NCBI GenBank assembly: GCA_041677685.1 | Contig: JBAYPN010000010.1 | Coordinates: 1 to 27,800 of the forward strand | Direction of reading: 5' to 3' | Length of the DNA stretch: 27,800 nt | Origin: an archaeon | GTDB taxonomy: Archaea > Iainarchaeota > Iainarchaeia > Iainarchaeales > CSSED10-239 | Part shown: positions 23,601-27,800 of the stretch, one piece after another | Position numbering within the stretch: the first letter of the stretch is position 1 | Layout: each line of letters opens with the position of its first letter | Made by a program: the position numbers and the translations under genes | The notes under the pieces: model-generated | Databases searched by the model: none | The model's input: the letters and a program-made list of their open reading frames with translations, nothing else | Told to the model about the DNA's origin: nothing

Positions 23601-23693
23601 AATAATTGTTATTGGGCACCCTGCACAGGTTCTATGTCCTGCTACTATTTTTTTTTCTTTATTTATTCTTTCTGCAACTTCTATATTATTCAT
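20622..23693 (-). CDS. porB: 2-oxoacid (pyruvate):ferredoxin oxidoreductase beta (TPP-binding) subunit precursor containing two inteins
   Basis: The exteins are aa 1-110, 454-484 and 857-1023, totalling 308 aa. They read GHRTCAGCP ... FAGDGG | [31 protein letters not shown] | [19 protein letters not shown], which is colinear with PorB. Confidence 0.9.
   Translation of the reverse strand: [1023 protein letters not shown]
21126..22241 (-). mobile_element. Intein 2 in porB (372 aa, aa 485-856) with a [9 protein letters not shown]-type endonuclease domain
   Basis: It starts [13 protein letters not shown] after YMN and has block B [16 protein letters not shown]-like motifs are [13 protein letters not shown] and [11 protein letters not shown]. 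It ends with the canonical [20 protein letters not shown] followed by Thr. Confidence 0.9.
22335..23363 (-). mobile_element. Intein 1 in porB (343 aa, aa 111-453) with a [9 protein letters not shown]-type endonuclease domain
   Basis: It starts [13 protein letters not shown] directly after GDGG and has a SLQH (TxxH-like) block B. [9 protein letters not shown]-like motifs are [13 protein letters not shown] and [11 protein letters not shown]. It ends ...STNMN and is followed by Ser. I verified the boundary codons on the sequence. Confidence 0.8.
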
Positions 23694-23734
23694 AATTTCT
23701 CAAGTTTATATTTTATTTTCTAATTTTTTCCTAA

Positions 23735-24895
23735 TCATTTTCTTAGTCCAAGATATTTATTTTTGTTTATTTTTCCATTTAAAAAATCATTTAATAATTT
23801 TTCAATATCCTTTTGATAAAGGTCTCTTCCACCAAGTCCAAAGACATAAGAGTAAACATTTGGTTTATTCTTTTCATTAATCACACTCAAAGATATGTCT
23901 TTAAAGAGAGGTGCATGACTACCAGGCCCCTCAGACCTATCAAGAACAATAACAGTTTTTGCTTTCTTTAAATATTTTGCATACTCTTTATAGATAAATG
24001 GTCTAAAAAGAATAGGTCTAAGTAAACCTACTGATTTTTTTTCAAGTCTAAGTTTATCAATAACATCTTTTGTGCTTTGAGCAGTTGATGACAAAACAAC
24101 AATTACAATTTCTGATTTTGAAGCAAAATAATCTTCACAAATATTTATTTTTTCTCCAAAAAATTTTTCAAAGTCTTTTGAAATTTCTTTATATTCTTTT
24201 TCCACACTTTTAAAAGCATCAAACATCTGCACTTTTATTTCAAAGAAATAATCAGGAAGTGCAAGTGGCCCAATTGAGATTGGTTTTTCTGTGTTAAGTA
24301 AATTGTAAGGACCTTTATACTCTCCAACAAACTTTTTAACAACCTTATCATCAAAGACTTCAATTGTCTCAAGATTATGGGATGTAACAAAACCATCTGA
24401 GCAAATCATAATTGGCAAATATACTTTTTCTGCAAGCTTTGTAGAAAATAAAGTCATAGCATATGCTTCTTGTGCATCTTCACAATAGACTTGCATCCAA
24501 CCTTGATCAATTGCAGACATAGAATCTGAATGGTCACAATGAATATTAATTGGAGCAGATGTTGCTCTATTAACAACAGGCATAACAATTGGAAGTCTTA
24601 GTCCTGAAGTTAATGCAAGCATTTCAAACATATATAACAGACCTTGCGAAGCTGTGGCTGTTACTGCTCTTGCCCCTGCTGATGCAGCACCAACAACTAC
24701 TGAAAGTGCAGAATGTTCAGACTCAACTCTAACAATCTCACAATCTACTTCTCCATCTGCAGCAAATTTTGCATAACTTTCAATAATTGGGGTTTGTGGA
24801 GTTATTGGGTACATTGCAAAGACATCAAGTTCAATTTGTTTTAAGGCATAAGAGATTGCTTCTCCTCCATTTAATGCAATTTTTTTATTTTTCAT
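23735..24895 (-). CDS. porA: 2-oxoacid (pyruvate):ferredoxin oxidoreductase alpha subunit
   Basis: LNGGEAISYALKQ..VDVFAMYPITPQTPI, ESEHSALS and the ASQGLLYMFE motifs are typical of PorA. It sits between porD and porB. Confidence 0.9.
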   Translation of the reverse strand: MKNKKIALNGGEAISYALKQIELDVFAMYPITPQTPIIESYAKFAADGEVDCEIVRVESEHSALSVVVGAASAGARAVTATASQGLLYMFEMLALTSGLRLPIVMPVVNRATSAPINIHCDHSDSMSAIDQGWMQVYCEDAQEAYAMTLFSTKLAEKVYLPIMICSDGFVTSHNLETIEVFDDKVVKKFVGEYKGPYNLLNTEKPISIGPLALPDYFFEIKVQMFDAFKSVEKEYKEISKDFEKFFGEKINICEDYFASKSEIVIVVLSSTAQSTKDVIDKLRLEKKSVGLLRPILFRPFIYKEYAKYLKKAKTVIVLDRSEGPGSHAPLFKDISLSVINEKNKPNVYSYVFGLGGRDLYQKDIEKLLNDFLNGKINKNKYLGLRK

Positions 24896-24941
24896 AAGTT
24901 CTCTATTTTTCTATTTTATAAAATAATTATTTTTTTCCATA

Positions 24942-25229
24942 TTATTCTTTAACCATTTCTATACATTTTACAGGGCACACTTGGGCACAGATCCCGCATC
25001 CTTTACAAAATTTTAAATCAGTTTCGCTTCTCTGTATTCCTTTTTTCATCTTCTTTGCAATTATACAATCTTCTGGACAGGCAATATAGCACATCATACA
25101 TTGGATACATCTTTTTTTATCCCAAATCGGTTTTTCAGATCTCCAATGTCCTGTTTTTGTTTCTGTTGAGGTTCCTCCTGGAAGTGTTCCTCCAATTGGT
25201 AGTTTTTTATATTTCTTTTTAGTAGCCAT
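24942..25229 (-). CDS. porD: 2-oxoacid:ferredoxin oxidoreductase delta subunit (2x[4Fe-4S] ferredoxin)
   Basis: It has two CxxCxxCxxxCP motifs (CIQCMMCYIACP and CKGCGICAQVCP) and is 95 aa long. Confidence 0.9.
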   Translation of the reverse strand: MATKKKYKKLPIGGTLPGGTSTETKTGHWRSEKPIWDKKRCIQCMMCYIACPEDCIIAKKMKKGIQRSETDLKFCKGCGICAQVCPVKCIEMVKE

Positions 25230-25268
25230 ATGTCATTCATACTTTATATTTTTCTAAAATTATGATTT

Positions 25269-25838
25269 TTATATTTTTTCAAAACCTTTTTTTAAACAAT
25301 TTAAATTAGGTTCAATTATTTGTCTTTTACCTTTTTTTTCAAATTGAATTTCAATTGATTTTTTAACATCTTGATATCCAACTAATTTTTCTAAATTATT
25401 ATTTTTTAAATATTTTAGAAGGCTTCCAATCAAGACAATATTAGGGTTATCAATTTTAATTTCTTCAAGTGCAATGGCACTTCCATCAATTGTGTATAGT
25501 TCTTTACTTTTTAAATTTTTAAAATAACTTTTTTCTTTATGTGTATTAATAATTATTGGGCAATTATAATTTTTTAGTTCAGGCATAGTTTCAAATAACT
25601 TATAATCAATAACCAAAACTATATCAGGGTTGGTAACAGGTTCGTGGATTCTAATCTTTTTATTTGAAATTCTAACAAATGCTCTAACAGGTGCACCCCT
25701 TCTTTCAGGGCCATACTCTGGAAAGCCTTGAATCTCATTTCCAGAAAGCATAGCACTTTCTGCAATAATTTGAGCACAGGTTTTTGCACCTTGTCCACCT
25801 CTTCCAAAAACAATTATTTCAAAATTTTCTTTTTTCAT
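25269..25838 (-). CDS. porG: 2-oxoacid:ferredoxin oxidoreductase gamma subunit
   Basis: FGRGGQGAKTCAQIIAESA ... EYGPERRGAPV is the PorG signature. It is the first gene of the canonical G-D-A-B order. Confidence 0.9.
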   Translation of the reverse strand: MKKENFEIIVFGRGGQGAKTCAQIIAESAMLSGNEIQGFPEYGPERRGAPVRAFVRISNKKIRIHEPVTNPDIVLVIDYKLFETMPELKNYNCPIIINTHKEKSYFKNLKSKELYTIDGSAIALEEIKIDNPNIVLIGSLLKYLKNNNLEKLVGYQDVKKSIEIQFEKKGKRQIIEPNLNCLKKGFEKI

Positions 25839-25922
25839 ATCTATTCCTACAATTAATCTAAAGTCTTCTAATATATCTACATCATAACTCTTATATATTT
25901 ATTGACTAATATATATTTTTAA

Positions 25923-25948
25923 CATATGATATATAGAAATCATATGAT
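25923..25948. promoter_or_regulatory. Inverted/direct repeat CATATGAT - atatagaa - ATCATATG(AT) in the por/acs divergent promoter region
   Basis: Read directly. The arms are 8 bp with an 8-nt spacer. It lies 43 nt upstream of the acs ATG and about 85 nt upstream of porG. Confidence 0.4.
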
Positions 25949-25990
25949 TTTAATTTAAATTAAAAATTAAAACTGAAAAATGTGTAGATT

Positions 25991-27800
25991 ATGAGTAAAG
26001 AGTATCCCCCTGATAAAAACTTTTCAGAAAAAGCATATGTAAAATCTGTAGAAGAATATTATGAAATTTATAAGAGATCAATAGAAGATCCAAATACCTT
26101 TTGGTTAGAAAAAGCAAAAGATTTAGATTGGATTAAATTTCCTACCAAGTCTTTCAATTGGATTAACAAAGATAGAAAGGTCTTTTCTTGGTTTGAGGAT
26201 GGAACAATAAATGCTTGTTACAATTGTGTTGATAGACATTTAAAAGAGGATTCAGAAAAGACAGCCTTAACCTGGATATCACATGATCTAAAAGAAACAA
26301 AGAAAATAAATTATAAACAATTACATGAACTTGTTTCAAAATTTTCAAATGTTTTAAAAAGTAAAGGTGTGAAAAAAGGAGATAGGGTTTCAATCTATTT
26401 GCCAATGATTCCAGAACTAATAATTGCAGTTCTTTCTTGTGCAAGAATTGGAGCTGTCCATTCAGTTATCTTTGCAGGTTACAGTGTTCCTACAATTAAA
26501 GATAGAATTGATTTTGCAGAATCTAAATTATTAATTACAAGTGATGGTTCTTACAGGAATGGGAAAGTAATTAATTTTATTGAGGATATTAATTTAGCTT
26601 TAGAAGGCAACCCCACAATTGAATCTAAAATAATTATTAGAAGAGTAAACTTAGATTTACAATTAAAAGAAAATGAATATTTTTGGGATCAAGAAATAAA
26701 CTCAGAAAATATTTCAAAAGACTGTGATTGTGAAACTATGAAAGCAGAAGATCCTTTGTTTATCTTGTTCAATTCAGGAACTGTTGAAAAACCAAAAGGC
26801 ACACTTCATACAACTGGTGGTTATCTTTTGTATGTTAACCAAACTTTTAAATATAATTTTGATTATCACAAAAGTGATGTTTACTTCTGCACAGCAGACA
26901 TTGGTTGGATAACAGGGCATTCTTATATGATCTATGGTCCACTATCTAATTTAGCAAATGTAATTATGTTTGAAGGAATTCCAACCTACCCAGATAATGA
27001 AAGTTATTGGAAAATAATTCAAGACCATAAGGTTAACATCTTTTACACAGCACCAACAGTTGTTAGATCTTTGATGAGGTTTGGAAAAGAGCCTTTAAAA
27101 AAATATAATTTAGAAAGTTTAAAATTATTAGGGTCAGTTGGAGAACCAATCAACCCTGAAGCATGGTTTTGGTATTATGAGAATGTTGGAAATGGAAAAT
27201 GCCCAATAGTTGATACTTGGTGGCAAACAGAGTCAGGAGGTTTTTTAATTGCACCTTTTCCTGGAGCCTTTAATTTAAAACCTGGTTTTGCAACAAAGCC
27301 TTTCTTTGGAATTGAAGCAGAGATTTTAAGAGATGATTTTTCAAAAGCAGAAATTGATGAACCAGCAAACATTGTTATAAAAAAACCATGGCCAGGAATG
27401 ATGAGGACAATCTATAAAGATCATCAACTTTTTTTAGATATCTATTGGTCTAAGTTTAAAGATTATTATTTTTGTGGAGATAGAGCAAAGGTAGACAAGG
27501 ACGGGGATTATTTTATAATTGGGAGATTAGATGATGTTATTAAAGTCTCAGGTCACAGAATTGGAGCTTCAGAAGTAGAGTCTGCTTTAGTTTCTAATAA
27601 GAATGTTGGAGAAGCGGCAGTTGTTCCTTTCCTACATAAGATAAAAGGGCAGGCGATGTATGCTTTTATAATCTTAAGAGAAGGAATTGTAATTTCTGAC
27701 AATTTAGTTGAAGAGTTAAGAGAGCATGTTTCTAAGGAGATTGGACCAATTGCAAAACCTGACAAGATCCAAGTTGTAAAAGCTCTACCAAAAACAAGTA
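25991..27800 (+). CDS. acs: Acetyl-CoA synthetase (AMP-forming), 3'-truncated by the window edge
   Basis: It is not in the supplied ORF track because no stop occurs before the edge. My translation from ATG 25991 stays open for 603 codons. It reads FWLEKAKDLDW, SWFEDGTINACYNCVDRH, GDRVSIYLPMIPE, HTTGGYL, DTWWQTESGG, GDRAKVDKDGDYFIIGRLDDVIKVSGHRIGASEVESAL and ends at ALPKTS. Confidence 0.9.
   Translation, partial: MSKEYPPDKNFSEKAYVKSVEEYYEIYKRSIEDPNTFWLEKAKDLDWIKFPTKSFNWINKDRKVFSWFEDGTINACYNCVDRHLKEDSEKTALTWISHDLKETKKINYKQLHELVSKFSNVLKSKGVKKGDRVSIYLPMIPELIIAVLSCARIGAVHSVIFAGYSVPTIKDRIDFAESKLLITSDGSYRNGKVINFIEDINLALEGNPTIESKIIIRRVNLDLQLKENEYFWDQEINSENISKDCDCETMKAEDPLFILFNSGTVEKPKGTLHTTGGYLLYVNQTFKYNFDYHKSDVYFCTADIGWITGHSYMIYGPLSNLANVIMFEGIPTYPDNESYWKIIQDHKVNIFYTAPTVVRSLMRFGKEPLKKYNLESLKLLGSVGEPINPEAWFWYYENVGNGKCPIVDTWWQTESGGFLIAPFPGAFNLKPGFATKPFFGIEAEILRDDFSKAEIDEPANIVIKKPWPGMMRTIYKDHQLFLDIYWSKFKDYYFCGDRAKVDKDGDYFIIGRLDDVIKVSGHRIGASEVESALVSNKNVGEAAVVPFLHKIKGQAMYAFIILREGIVISDNLVEELREHVSKEIGPIAKPDKIQVVKALPKTS

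Noticed and set aside
25619-27765. Minus-strand ORFs 25619-25813, 26163-26444, 27175-27372 and 27553-27765
   Set aside because: The first is an alternative frame within porG. The other three are antisense to the unlisted but clearly real acs reading frame.
1-27800. CRISPR arrays, transposases, integrases and toxin-antitoxin or other defence modules
   Set aside because: The short tandem repeats present have only 2-3 units of 10-17 bp and lack unique spacers of CRISPR size. No ORF shows Cas, transposase, integrase or restriction-modification motifs. The only mobile elements I can support are the two inteins.

Overview
This is an AT-rich (roughly 30% G+C by eye), tightly packed archaeal chromosomal segment. 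Gene content and style fit a small-genome DPANN-type archaeon: short gaps, oligo-T terminators and some TTG/GTG starts. Most of it is core housekeeping. It holds replication genes (RPA-like ssDNA-binding protein, MCM helicase, topoisomerase VI B and A). It also holds the conserved archaeal translation and ribosome-biogenesis cluster (aIF2-beta, DUF424, aIF1A, RIO kinase, KH protein). Energy metabolism is represented by a porG-porD-porA-porB 2-oxoacid:ferredoxin oxidoreductase operon and a divergently transcribed AMP-forming acetyl-CoA synthetase. That synthetase runs off the 3' edge and is missing from the supplied ORF track. Envelope-related genes are the C-terminal part of an S-layer-like protein, a large FlaI/PilB-type secretion ATPase and a presenilin/SPP-type intramembrane protease. 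I found no rRNA, tRNA, CRISPR array, transposase or integrase. The items most worth a second look are listed here. (1) porB is interrupted by two large [9 protein letters not shown]-containing inteins only 31 residues apart, inside the thiamine-diphosphate motif. (2) An exact 622-bp tandem duplication gives two mosaic GNAT-like paralogs, and its promoter plus first seven codons are reused by the presenilin gene. (3) A glutaminase-dead AsnB-like domain is fused to a Dph6 (diphthine-ammonia ligase) domain. (4) An unusually long 780-bp non-coding region carries nested palindromes whose core motif recurs upstream of mcm. I did not find a convincing defence island or other clearly new multi-gene system. 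All family assignments come from motif recognition by eye and need HMM or BLAST confirmation.
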